In this document: piece by piece, positions 1-8,500 of the stretch
How positions within the stretch are numbered: position 1 is the stretch's first letter
How the letters are laid out: each line of letters opens with the position of its first letter
Assembly: GCA_964587835.1 (NCBI GenBank)
Contig: CAZPMN010000003.1
Location: forward strand, 76,565 to 140,564
DNA: 64,000 bases
Source: an uncultured bacterium
GTDB taxonomy: Bacteria; Auribacterota; Erginobacteria; Erginobacterales; Erginobacteraceae
Direction: 5' to 3'
Notes under the pieces: model-generated
What the model was told of the DNA's origin: nothing
What the model saw: the letters and a program-made list of their open reading frames with translations, nothing else
The model's database searches: none
Program-made: the position numbers and the translations under genes

Positions 1-706
1 CCCAGAACTCGATCCTCAGGACCCGATCGGCTTCGTAGGCCGGAAAGATTTCGACCGTGTCCCCCCGGACCCGGAAGGTTCCCCGATGGAGGTCGAGATC
101 GTTCCTTTCGTACTGGCCCTGGATCAGTGAACGGAGCAGCTCCCGGCGGGCGAGGACCTGGCCAGCATTGAGCTCGATCACCTGGTCTCGATACTGTTCG
201 GGAGAACCCAGACCGTAAATGCAGGAGACGGAAGCCACGATGATAACATCGCGGCGGGTCCAGAGGGAATAGGTGGCGGAATGACGCATCCGGTCAATCT
301 GCTCGTTGATGGCCGAGTCCTTCTCGATGAAGGTATCGCTGGCCGGGAGATAGGCTTCCGGCTGGTAGTAGTCGTAATAGCTGACAAAGTACCCCACGGC
401 GTTGCGGGGAAATAATTCCCTGAATTCGCCGTAAAGCTGCCCGGCCAGGGTTTTGTTGGGGGCGATAATCAGGCTGGGGCGATTGAGCTCGGCGATCACG
501 TTGGCGATTGTGAAGGTCTTGCCCGACCCGGTCACCCCGAGCAGGGTCTGGTGTTCCCGGCCCCGGCGGATCCCCTCCACCAGCTTGGCGATCGCCCGGG
601 GCTGGTCGCCCTGCGGGAGATAGTCGCTGGTTAGCTGGAAGGTATGTTCAGCCGCTCCCCGGATTTCCGGGACCGTCTTCCGAGTTAACCGGATACCGTC
701 TTTCAT
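1..706 (-). CDS. uvrB: excinuclease ABC subunit B (UvrB), N-terminal ~235 aa; runs off the window edge
   Basis: Manual translation of minus strand from ATG at 706: [10 protein letters not shown]...[14 protein letters not shown]...[19 protein letters not shown]...[16 protein letters not shown]. This is the helicase motif I / Walker A and conserved UvrB N-terminus. Further down: [20 protein letters not shown], typical of UvrB. Not in ORF track because it is partial. Confidence 0.9.
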   Translation of the reverse strand, partial: MKDGIRLTRKTVPEIRGAAEHTFQLTSDYLPQGDQPRAIAKLVEGIRRGREHQTLLGVTGSGKTFTIANVIAELNRPSLIIAPNKTLAGQLYGEFRELFPRNAVGYFVSYYDYYQPEAYLPASDTFIEKDSAINEQIDRMRHSATYSLWTRRDVIIVASVSCIYGLGSPEQYRDQVIELNAGQVLARRELLRSLIQGQYERNDLDLHRGTFRVRGDTVEIFPAYEADRVLRIEFW

Positions 707-927
707 CTTCTCGCGCCGAATTGGATTTCCTTAGCCTGAATTATTCACGAAAAATGAAATTTTTCTTGAATATTGTAGGTTATTTTCCCGGACCGGCCAA
801 GTCGGATAGCTTTAACCCGATAGCTTTTTCCTATAAATTTTCCCTTGGCCGGGACCCGGAGCGATGCTATATTTTAGCCCTGCTGACCGGTTCCGCCACC
901 GGTCCCACACCTGGAAAAAGTCGACCC

Positions 928-1482
928 ATGAGAAATTTGACCTTCATAGCCCTATCTCTCCCAATGATTCTCTTCGCCCGACCGCCGTTTGCCGCCGGGC
1001 AACCCAGGGAGAGAAGGGAGAGAAACCTGGTCCGGGTGCCGGGCCTTGCCATCAGCGAGACCGTCACCGTCCCCGGGTTCTGGCGCCCCCGCTACCGGGC
1101 GGGGTATCGCTGGGTCCGGGCGGCCCGCGACGACGTCGGACGCTGGCACGGGGGATACTGGGAACCGCTCCATCGCGAGAAAGAAGAGCAGGTTACCGTC
1201 CCCGGTTATTGGGGCCCGCCCGGCCGCCTGGGCTATATCCGGATCACGACCCAGGACCGGCCCGGGGATTACCTGGCCGGTTCCTGGGAACTGATGAACT
1301 CCTTTGAGATCCGACGGACGCCCCGGGAGTGGGTCCCCGGCTACTGGAATCGAAGGAGATGGGTCCCCGGCTACTGGCGCCAACCGGAGAAAGAGGGTTA
1401 TATCTGGGTGGGAGGCTACTACCGGACGGACGGGCGCTGGCAGGAAGCTCGCTGGGAACCGGCGCCGGATGGCAAGGGTTAG
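928..1482 (+). CDS. secreted Trp/Tyr-rich repeat protein (repeated W-V-P-G-Y-W / G-Y-W motifs), function unknown
   Basis: ORF 721..1482. Internal Met at 928 begins a classic signal peptide (MRNLTFIALSLPMILFARPPFAAGQP). Mature part has repeated VPGFW/VPGYW/GYW...W motifs. Confidence 0.5.
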   Translation: MRNLTFIALSLPMILFARPPFAAGQPRERRERNLVRVPGLAISETVTVPGFWRPRYRAGYRWVRAARDDVGRWHGGYWEPLHREKEEQVTVPGYWGPPGRLGYIRITTQDRPGDYLAGSWELMNSFEIRRTPREWVPGYWNRRRWVPGYWRQPEKEGYIWVGGYYRTDGRWQEARWEPAPDGKG

Positions 1483-1811
1483 AGCAGCAGTCTCCAGACT
1501 ATCCAGGCGGCCGCCAACAGGCCGACCACACCCCCCCCGATCAGCAGCCTCCTCCGCCTGACCAGGTCGCTGCGGAACTTGGGATGAGCGATGGTCTGGA
1601 AGGATCCGGCGCTCAGATAACTGGCCAGCCTTTTCCCGTTGAGATCATCCTGATCATCCCCCTCCCGCTCGGCCGGAAGTCCGTAACCGGAGATCCGCCG
1701 GGCCCGCCGCTCCATCTTCTCCCGAGCCCGGATCTCTCGGGAAACCGCCTTTAGTTCCTGCTCCACTTCGGCGATCTGGAAATCCAGGTAACTTTTTCTC
1801 CCGATCCGCAT
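1479..1811 (-). CDS. hypothetical small protein with C-terminal transmembrane helix
   Basis: ORF 110 aa. Charged N-terminal part then hydrophobic tail LLIGGGVVGLLAAAWIVWRLLL. Confidence 0.35.
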   Translation of the reverse strand: MRIGRKSYLDFQIAEVEQELKAVSREIRAREKMERRARRISGYGLPAEREGDDQDDLNGKRLASYLSAGSFQTIAHPKFRSDLVRRRRLLIGGGVVGLLAAAWIVWRLLL

Positions 1812-1848
1812 AATCCGCTTATCCCGCGGTTATCTTACTGAACTCGGC

Positions 1849-2514
1849 TCACATTAACAGACCCACCAGCCGGATCAGCACCGCGACCACCAGAGCCAGC
1901 AGAGCCGCCGGGAGGAAAAAGAAGAACCCCTTCTTCAGCTGGTCGGCGGGACCGGAGTCGGGCGGGCCGGCCGGGACCACCGCCGCGGAACCCGGCCCAG
2001 GCTTGTTTTCTTCCAGACCCCGGGTGCTGAGGGCATCAACCCTACCCCGAGCCGCAGTGTATTCCCGCTTGGCCTTGGCGACCACGGCCAGGGCCCGGCT
2101 CAGTTCCCCCTTCAGGTCTTCTTCCCGCCAGGTTTCTTCCCGAATCCCCCTCACTTCGGAGATGATCTTTTCGAACTCCTCCCGGGTCGCCTTGACCATG
2201 GTATTGGTCCGGGTCAGCTCGCTCTCCTCCTTGTCCAGAATGGCGATCCCCCTCTCCAGGTTGGTCAGGGCTTCCCGCTTGAGAATGTCCAACTCTTCCC
2301 GCTGCCTCTTCAGTTCCTCGAGGTCGGCCTTCCGCCGGGTAAGTTCCTCCTGTTTCTTCTTGAGAAAGGATATGTTACCGGTGGTCTGGTCAACCATCTC
2401 GGTCAGGTTGTCGATCGGAGCTTTGCGCGGAATCTCCTCTTCGGCGGGCTTGGTTTCCGACGACGGCTTCGCCTCCGGCTTGACCCCTGCCCTCGTTTTC
2501 TCCTTCTCGCTCAT
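1849..2514 (-). CDS. coiled-coil protein with C-terminal membrane anchor (hypothetical)
   Basis: 221 aa. Long heptad-like charged region (EELTRRKADLEELKRQREELDILKRE...) and C-terminal TM (FFFLPAALLALVVAVLIRLVGLL). Confidence 0.5.
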   Translation of the reverse strand: MSEKEKTRAGVKPEAKPSSETKPAEEEIPRKAPIDNLTEMVDQTTGNISFLKKKQEELTRRKADLEELKRQREELDILKREALTNLERGIAILDKEESELTRTNTMVKATREEFEKIISEVRGIREETWREEDLKGELSRALAVVAKAKREYTAARGRVDALSTRGLEENKPGPGSAAVVPAGPPDSGPADQLKKGFFFFLPAALLALVVAVLIRLVGLLM

Positions 2515-2744
2515 ATCGTCATTCTCCCCTGGTCTTTGTCCTTTATCCGACGGAAATTACGGGGGTTGCCGCCTCCGAGCCGTCACCCCGAAGATTCCCC
2601 CGTCTGTCGATTTCTCTTTCCGGACCACCCTCCGGCGGATAATATCCTTCCCGCGTCAGATCTCCGTAACCGGCGGATGCCACGGTTCAAGGATAATAAG
2701 CCCCGTCCGGTCCACGGTCAACAAAACTCTCTCCGCTCCGGGAT

Positions 2745-3914
2745 ATGAAGCCAACCTCTTCCATCTGCCGCCATTTCGGGGATTGCGGTGGCTGCCAATT
2801 TCAGGATATTCCCTACCGAGTTCAGCTCCAGAGGAAGGAGGAGCGTTGCCGGGTTCTCCGGGACGAGGCCGGCGTGGCGACAGATGTCAGACCGATCATC
2901 CCCTCTCCGCAAATCTTCTACTACCGAAACAAGATGGAGTTCACCTTCGGCGCGGAGGAGGGCGGGGTGATCTGCGGTCTCCACCGCCGTGGGAGAAAAC
3001 GATCGATCCTCCCGGTCAAGGAATGCCTGATCTCCTTTCCCGAGACGGGAGTTATCCTGGAAGCAATTACCACCCTGGCCCGGCAAAGCGGCAGGCCCGC
3101 CTACGACCCCTACCGCCACCAGGGATTCTGGAGAAACCTGGTAATCCGGGAGGGCAAGTTCACCGGCGATCTCCTGATCAACCTGGTCACTTCTTCTTCC
3201 GGGGAACTGGACCAGGCCGGGTTGTTCTCCGCTCTCAACCGGGTTCTGCCGGAAGGGAGGATCACCTCCCTGATTCACACCGTCAACGACAGCATCTCCA
3301 ACGCCGTCATCCCCGAGCAATGGGAAGTCCTCCAGGGTAATCCCTTCCTGGAAGAGAGGATAGCCGGCCTGACCTTCCAGATTCCGCCCTTTTCTTTCTT
3401 CCAGGTCAATCCGGCGATGATGGAGATATTCTACCGGGAGCTGAAGGAAATACTCCGGCTGAGGGGCCGGGAGAGAATCCTCGACCTCTTCTCCGGGTGC
3501 GGCGCCATCGGGCTTGTCCTCTCCCGACCGGCCGATTCGATTCTCGGCATCGAGATCGAACCGGAGGCGGTACAGACCGCCTATCTCAACGCCCGGCGCA
3601 ACGGAATTGGCAACCTCTCGTTCCGCTCCGGGAAGGTGGCCCGGGTGCTGGCCGAGAACCGCGGAGATTGGCCGGGGAGGTTCGACCTGGTAATCGTCAA
3701 TCCGCCCCGCTCCGGGATCAGCAGTAAGATCGCCCGGCGGCTGTTGGAACTCGAGGCGGACCGAATCGTCTACTCTTCCTGCAACCCCGAGACCTTCTTT
3801 CCCCAGGTCGGGCTACTGGAAAGCCGGTACCGGCCGGTGGTCCTCCAACCATTCGACTTCTTCCCCCATACCCCGCACCTGGAAATGCTGGCGATATTCG
3901 AGAAGAAGGGTTAA
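2745..3914 (+). CDS. RumA/TrmA-family SAM-dependent RNA (uracil-C5)-methyltransferase with N-terminal Fe-S cysteine cluster; no TRAM domain
   Basis: N-terminus CRHFGDCGGCQFQ (RumA-type 4Fe-4S ligands). C-terminal methyltransferase motifs DLFSGCGAIG, FDLVIVNPPRSG, FDFFPHTPHLE. Confidence 0.8.
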   Translation: MKPTSSICRHFGDCGGCQFQDIPYRVQLQRKEERCRVLRDEAGVATDVRPIIPSPQIFYYRNKMEFTFGAEEGGVICGLHRRGRKRSILPVKECLISFPETGVILEAITTLARQSGRPAYDPYRHQGFWRNLVIREGKFTGDLLINLVTSSSGELDQAGLFSALNRVLPEGRITSLIHTVNDSISNAVIPEQWEVLQGNPFLEERIAGLTFQIPPFSFFQVNPAMMEIFYRELKEILRLRGRERILDLFSGCGAIGLVLSRPADSILGIEIEPEAVQTAYLNARRNGIGNLSFRSGKVARVLAENRGDWPGRFDLVIVNPPRSGISSKIARRLLELEADRIVYSSCNPETFFPQVGLLESRYRPVVLQPFDFFPHTPHLEMLAIFEKKG

Positions 3915-3980
3915 CCAAAAGACGCTTGATTCACATCTTGAAGTTAAGCTCAATCCATGCCTCGTACTCTTACGCTTAAT

Positions 3981-4058
3981 CGTACTCGTACTCGAGATCA
4001 AGCCGGGTTGGCGGACGAGTACGAGTAAGAGTAAGAGTAAGAGTAAGAGTAAGAGATA
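3981..4058. repeat. inverted repeat (CGTACTCGTACTCG ... CGAGTACGAGTA) fused to a (GAGTAA)n hexanucleotide microsatellite, 5-6 perfect units, ending ~10 nt upstream of the mpg start
   Basis: Read directly. gagtac then gagtaa x5 at ~4017-4052. The complementary arm cgtactcgtactcg is at 3981-3994. Confidence 0.8.
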
Positions 4059-4066
4059 GCGCAAAT

Positions 4067-4654
4067 TTGCAAAAGGTTATGAACAAGGAAACGATCCTCG
4101 ACCACGCTTTTTACCGTCGCTCCACGGTCCGGGTAGCCCGCGATCTGCTGGGCCAGATCCTGGTCAGGAAGATCAACGGGGAACTTCTCTCCGGCCGGAT
4201 CGTCGAAACCGAGGCCTATACCGGCCCCGGAGACCCGGCCTCTCACGCCGCCCGGGGCGCGACCCCCCGTTCAGCGATCATGTTCGGCCGGCCGGGACGT
4301 GCCTATGTCTACTTTTGTTACGGGATGCACCACCTGCTCAACGTGGTCACGGAGAGGGAGGGGACGGCCGGCGCGGTCCTGATCCGGGCCCTGGAACCGG
4401 GGGAAGGTCTTGCCCGGATGCTGAGGAACCGGGAGAGAAATAAACTCAGGGGACTCCTTGACGGACCGGGCAAGTTAACCCAGGCACTGAAGATCGGGCG
4501 GGAACTCAACGGCTGGGATTTGACCGGGGGAGGAGAACTCTATATCTTGGGGGGAACACCCCGGATCGGGGAAACCGTCATCGCCGGGCCCCGGATCGGG
4601 ATCAGAAGAGGCACGAAAAAACTCTGGCGGTTCCGCCTCCATCTTCCCTCCTGA
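4067..4654 (+). CDS. mpg: DNA-3-methyladenine glycosylase (Mpg/AAG family)
   Basis: [49 protein letters not shown] matches the Mpg family signature. Confidence 0.85.
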   Translation: MQKVMNKETILDHAFYRRSTVRVARDLLGQILVRKINGELLSGRIVETEAYTGPGDPASHAARGATPRSAIMFGRPGRAYVYFCYGMHHLLNVVTEREGTAGAVLIRALEPGEGLARMLRNRERNKLRGLLDGPGKLTQALKIGRELNGWDLTGGGELYILGGTPRIGETVIAGPRIGIRRGTKKLWRFRLHLPS

Positions 4655-4673
4655 TTTCAACTCCGGTAACGCC

Positions 4674-5429
4674 TTAATCCCGCGCTCCCTCCAGGATCGG
4701 GATGATCTCGGTCAAACTGGTGACCTGGTAATCCGGAACCTTGATGTGCGCCTCCGGATCGAACCGGGCCTCCTCGACCTCCCTCTCCAGGGTCTCGATC
4801 AATTCCTGTCCGTCCTCCGCCGCCCGCTTCACCAGGAAGGTGGTCATTCCAGCCAGATTGCCCATCATCACGTCGGTCAGGCGATCACCGACCATCGCTG
4901 TTTCTTCCGCCTTCAGATCCAACTGCTCGAGAACGATCTCGGCGATCCGGGGGTTGGGTTTCTCCAGGTGCAGACGCAACGAGTCGTTCCAGTCGAAGAA
5001 ACCCTTCGGCCGGGGAACCCCAGCCTGCTGGGCAAAGGCTTCCATCACCACGTTCTTGGTGGTGAAGGTGGCCACCGCGAACTTGATCCCCTCCCGGTCG
5101 AGATAGTTTAAGATCTCAACCGCGTCGGGAAAGAGCCCGGCTTTCCCGGCCCGGGTATAAGCAATCCGCTCCCGTTCATCCACCACACCCTTTACCCTCT
5201 GGAATTCGTCCCAACTGGTCTTCAGTCCGATCGTCTCCAGTTTCTCGATGAATCCCTTCCCGGTATAGTAGGCGAGCATATACTCGTCTTCCTTTCCCTC
5301 GGGAACCGCGCCGCCGCACTCTTCCACTACCTTGATGAACACATCCCGCCAGTAGATTCTCGGGTTGGGATATACCTTGGCGATCGTGTTGTCGTTATCA
5401 AAAACTATACCCTTGAGCCTGACGGCCAT
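4674..5429 (-). CDS. HAD-superfamily hydrolase
   Basis: Motif I FDNDNT (DxDxT), motif IV VGDRLTDVMMGNLAGM. Confidence 0.75.
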   Translation of the reverse strand: MAVRLKGIVFDNDNTIAKVYPNPRIYWRDVFIKVVEECGGAVPEGKEDEYMLAYYTGKGFIEKLETIGLKTSWDEFQRVKGVVDERERIAYTRAGKAGLFPDAVEILNYLDREGIKFAVATFTTKNVVMEAFAQQAGVPRPKGFFDWNDSLRLHLEKPNPRIAEIVLEQLDLKAEETAMVGDRLTDVMMGNLAGMTTFLVKRAAEDGQELIETLEREVEEARFDPEAHIKVPDYQVTSLTEIIPILEGARD

Positions 5430-5487
5430 AACAACCTCCGGTTGATGATTTCTCCAAGTTTTGCTGTGCTCCCGGCTCGGCCCTGAA

Positions 5488-5514
5488 ACCCGGATACCGA
5501 TTACCGATCACCGA
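5488..5514. repeat. short heptamer tandem array CCGATTA/CCGATCA x3 directly downstream of the giant HEAT gene stop
   Basis: ggataccgattaccgatcaccgattaccg read directly. Same heptamer family as at 59326-59440. Confidence 0.6.
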
Positions 5515-8500
5515 TTACCGTCTGTCGATCTCGCTCCCGGGCGGCAACAGATTGCGCTTGATCTTGCGGATTGCCTCCGCCGCCGTCGCCCGAACGGTTT
5601 CGCTGTCATCTTGCAACAGTCCCCGGAGCGGTTCCTCCGCCTCCGGTTCCCCCAGCTCGCCGAGGGCCGCCGCGGCGACCCGGCGGACGCCGGAGTGACG
5701 CTCCCGGATCGCCTCCAAGAGCTGATCGACCGCCCGCAGGTCGCCGAGCTTGCCCAGGGACGCCGCCGCCCGGAACCGGACGGCAACCTCATCTTCCTTG
5801 AGGGCCAGCAACAACGGTTCCACCACGGTGCTGTCGCCGGATTCTCCCAAGGCCAGGGCGGCTTCGGCCCGGACCCCGACATCCGGATCGGCCAGAAGTT
5901 TGAGCAGAGGCTGGGCCGCCCGGGAGTCTTTCAACTTTCCCAGGGCAGCCGCTACCGCCCGGCGGACCCAGCAGTCCCGGTCTTCAGCAGCGGCGATCAG
6001 GGAATCAAGCCAGGCGGGATCGTTAAGCCGGCCCAGAACCGCGGCGGCGGTCGCCCGGACCCCACTTTCCCGATCTTGCAGACACCCGGCGACTGCCGGG
6101 CCCGCCCGGAGATCATCCAGTCGGCCCAAAATCAGAAGCGCGTTGTTCCGAACTGAGGCGGATTTGTCTTTTAAAGCCGCCATCAATGGTTCCACCGCAT
6201 CCTTTGATTGCAAGTCGCCCAGGGCCATCGTCGCGCTTACCCTGACCGCCTCGGCGGGATCCTTCAGCACCTCGATCAGGGCGGAGAGAGAAGAGGTATC
6301 CCCGATCTTGCCCAGGGCTTCGGCGGCGGAGGAGCGGACGGGAACGGCGGGATCCTGCAGGGCTTCAATCAGGGGGCCGGACGCACGCTGATCCGGAATC
6401 CGGGACAGGGCAAGGGCGGCCGCCTGTTTCACCGCATCGGATTCATCCTTCAGGGACTCGATCAGTGGCTCGATCCCCTGCGGGCTCTTCAGTTGCCCCA
6501 GGGAATCGGCCGCCGCCCGCCTGACCCAGGACTCCTCATCCCGCAAGGCCTCCACCAGGGGAGCGACCACCCGGGCATCCCCGATCCGGCCCAGCGCGAC
6601 CGCGGCCGCCCGTCGCAGTTCCCGGTCCGGATCCTGGAGTTTATCCAGCAGGGGATCCACCGCGCGACCCGATCCGACTTTCTCCAGGGAGGAAACCGCC
6701 GCCAGGCGGACATCAGTCTGATCGTCCTCCAGCATCCCGATCAGGTGATCCAGCGCCCGCTCGCCGCCGATCGCGCCCAGGGCGGAAACCGCCGCCTCCC
6801 GAACCTCGGTCGTCGGATCGGAAAGAACTTCAATCAGGGCCTCGAGGGCCTGTTCGTCGCCGATCGCGCCTAGGGCGGTGCACGCCCGGCACCGGATCTC
6901 CCGATCGGGGTCCTTCAGGACGGCGATCAGGGGTTCGATCGCCCGGGGATCGCGGAGGCGAATCAGCAGCTGAACCGCGATCTTTCTGGTTTCCGGATCC
7001 TCTTCCGACAAAGCCGCCAACAGGGATTCCGCCGCTCCCCGGTTGACTATATCCTCCAGGGCCCGGATCGCGATCTCCCGATCGAGGGCGGCATCTTCCT
7101 GCAGGGAACGCAGCACCTGGGGGACAACGGCGGAGGGCGACATCCGCCCCAGGGCCCGCGCCGCCGTCCGGCGGACCCAGATCTCCGGATCGTGGAGGGC
7201 CCTGACCAGCGGCCGGATCGCCGACTCGTCCCCGATCCGGCCCAGGGCGTCCGCCGCGGCCCGGCGGCCGGAAGGTCCCCCCTTCTCCAATTCTTCAATC
7301 AGAAGGATCACCGCCTTCTCCTCCTCCAAGCGGCCGAGCATAACGGCCGCGGTTCCCCGAACTGCGGAGGAATTGTCCTGAAGTGCTCGGATCAGGTGAC
7401 CGGCCACCGCTTCCCCGCCGAGGCGGCCCAGGGCGTCTACCGCGGCCCGGCGCACCCAGCTCTCGGGATCCTTAAGCGTTTCAACCAGTGGTTCCAGGGC
7501 CCGCCGGTCGCCCAGCATCCCCAACGCGTTAGCCGCCCGGCTCCGCACCCCCCGATTGGGATGGCGAAGAGACTCGAGCAGGGGGGGAACCGCTCTCACA
7601 TCCCCGATCCGACCCAGGGCGTCGATGACCTGCCGCTGGACCGGGGGATCGGGATCTTCCAGCAACTCCAGCAGTTTCGGCACCGCCTCGACCGCCTCCA
7701 TCTTTCCCAGGGTCTGGGCGGCGTTCGCCCGGACGGCGGTGTCCTGATCTTCCAGAGCGGCCAACAGGGTCTCGACCACCTTCCGGTTCTTGAAGGAAGC
7801 CAGCAGCTTGGCGGTCAGCTTGCGCACTTGCTGGTTGGCATCGTTCATAATCTCCATCAGCCGATCGACCATTTCTTCGTCCACCAGTTTCTCCAGAGCG
7901 CGGGCGGCCGCTCGGGCCACCTCCGGGTCGTCATCCCGGAGGGCGGAAATCACCGTCTCGGCGGCCCGGCGATTCCCGCTCTCTCCCAGGGAGTAAACCG
8001 CCGCCGCCCGTACGCCGGTTTCCGGATCGCCGGCGGCCTGGATCAAAGCCGGCACAACCCGGTCTTCCTGCACCCCACTCAGGGCCAGTACCGCCGCCCG
8101 CCGGACGTCCCGGTCCCGGTCCTGCAGGGCCCCGGTCAGTTCATCAACCACCCCCGTTCCTCCAATCCGCCCCAGAGCCCGGGCGGCTTCAACCCGGACC
8201 GGGGGAGCGTCGTAGAGAAGCGCCTCGGCCAACACTCCGATATCGTCGCTTTCGCCCACGGCTCCCAGAGCGGCGGCGGCGGCGACCCGTTCCTCCAGCA
8301 ATCCTTCCCGAAGGGTATCCAGGACTACCGGTCGGGCGGCCGGATCGGCGAACCTCTTGCAGGCCACCAGAATCCGGCGGCGGACAGAACCCGAAGCCGC
8401 CGGCATCAGATCAAGCAAAGGCTCCAGGGCCGAACGATCGCCGATCTCGGCCAGGGCGGATACGGTATTTTCCACCACCACCGGGAGAGGATCTTTCAGG

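Noticed and set aside
2536-2748. 70-aa ORF upstream of the methyltransferase gene
   Set aside because: Arg/Pro-rich, no RBS, and it occupies the likely promoter region.
2003-3340. 445-aa plus-strand ORF overlapping the coiled-coil gene and the methyltransferase start
   Set aside because: Ser/Arg-rich low-complexity product. It overlaps two better-supported genes in other frames.
3998-4246. 82-aa minus-strand ORF ending in SYSYSYSYSYSYS
   Set aside because: It is simply the translation of the (GAGTAA)n microsatellite and overlaps the well-supported mpg gene.
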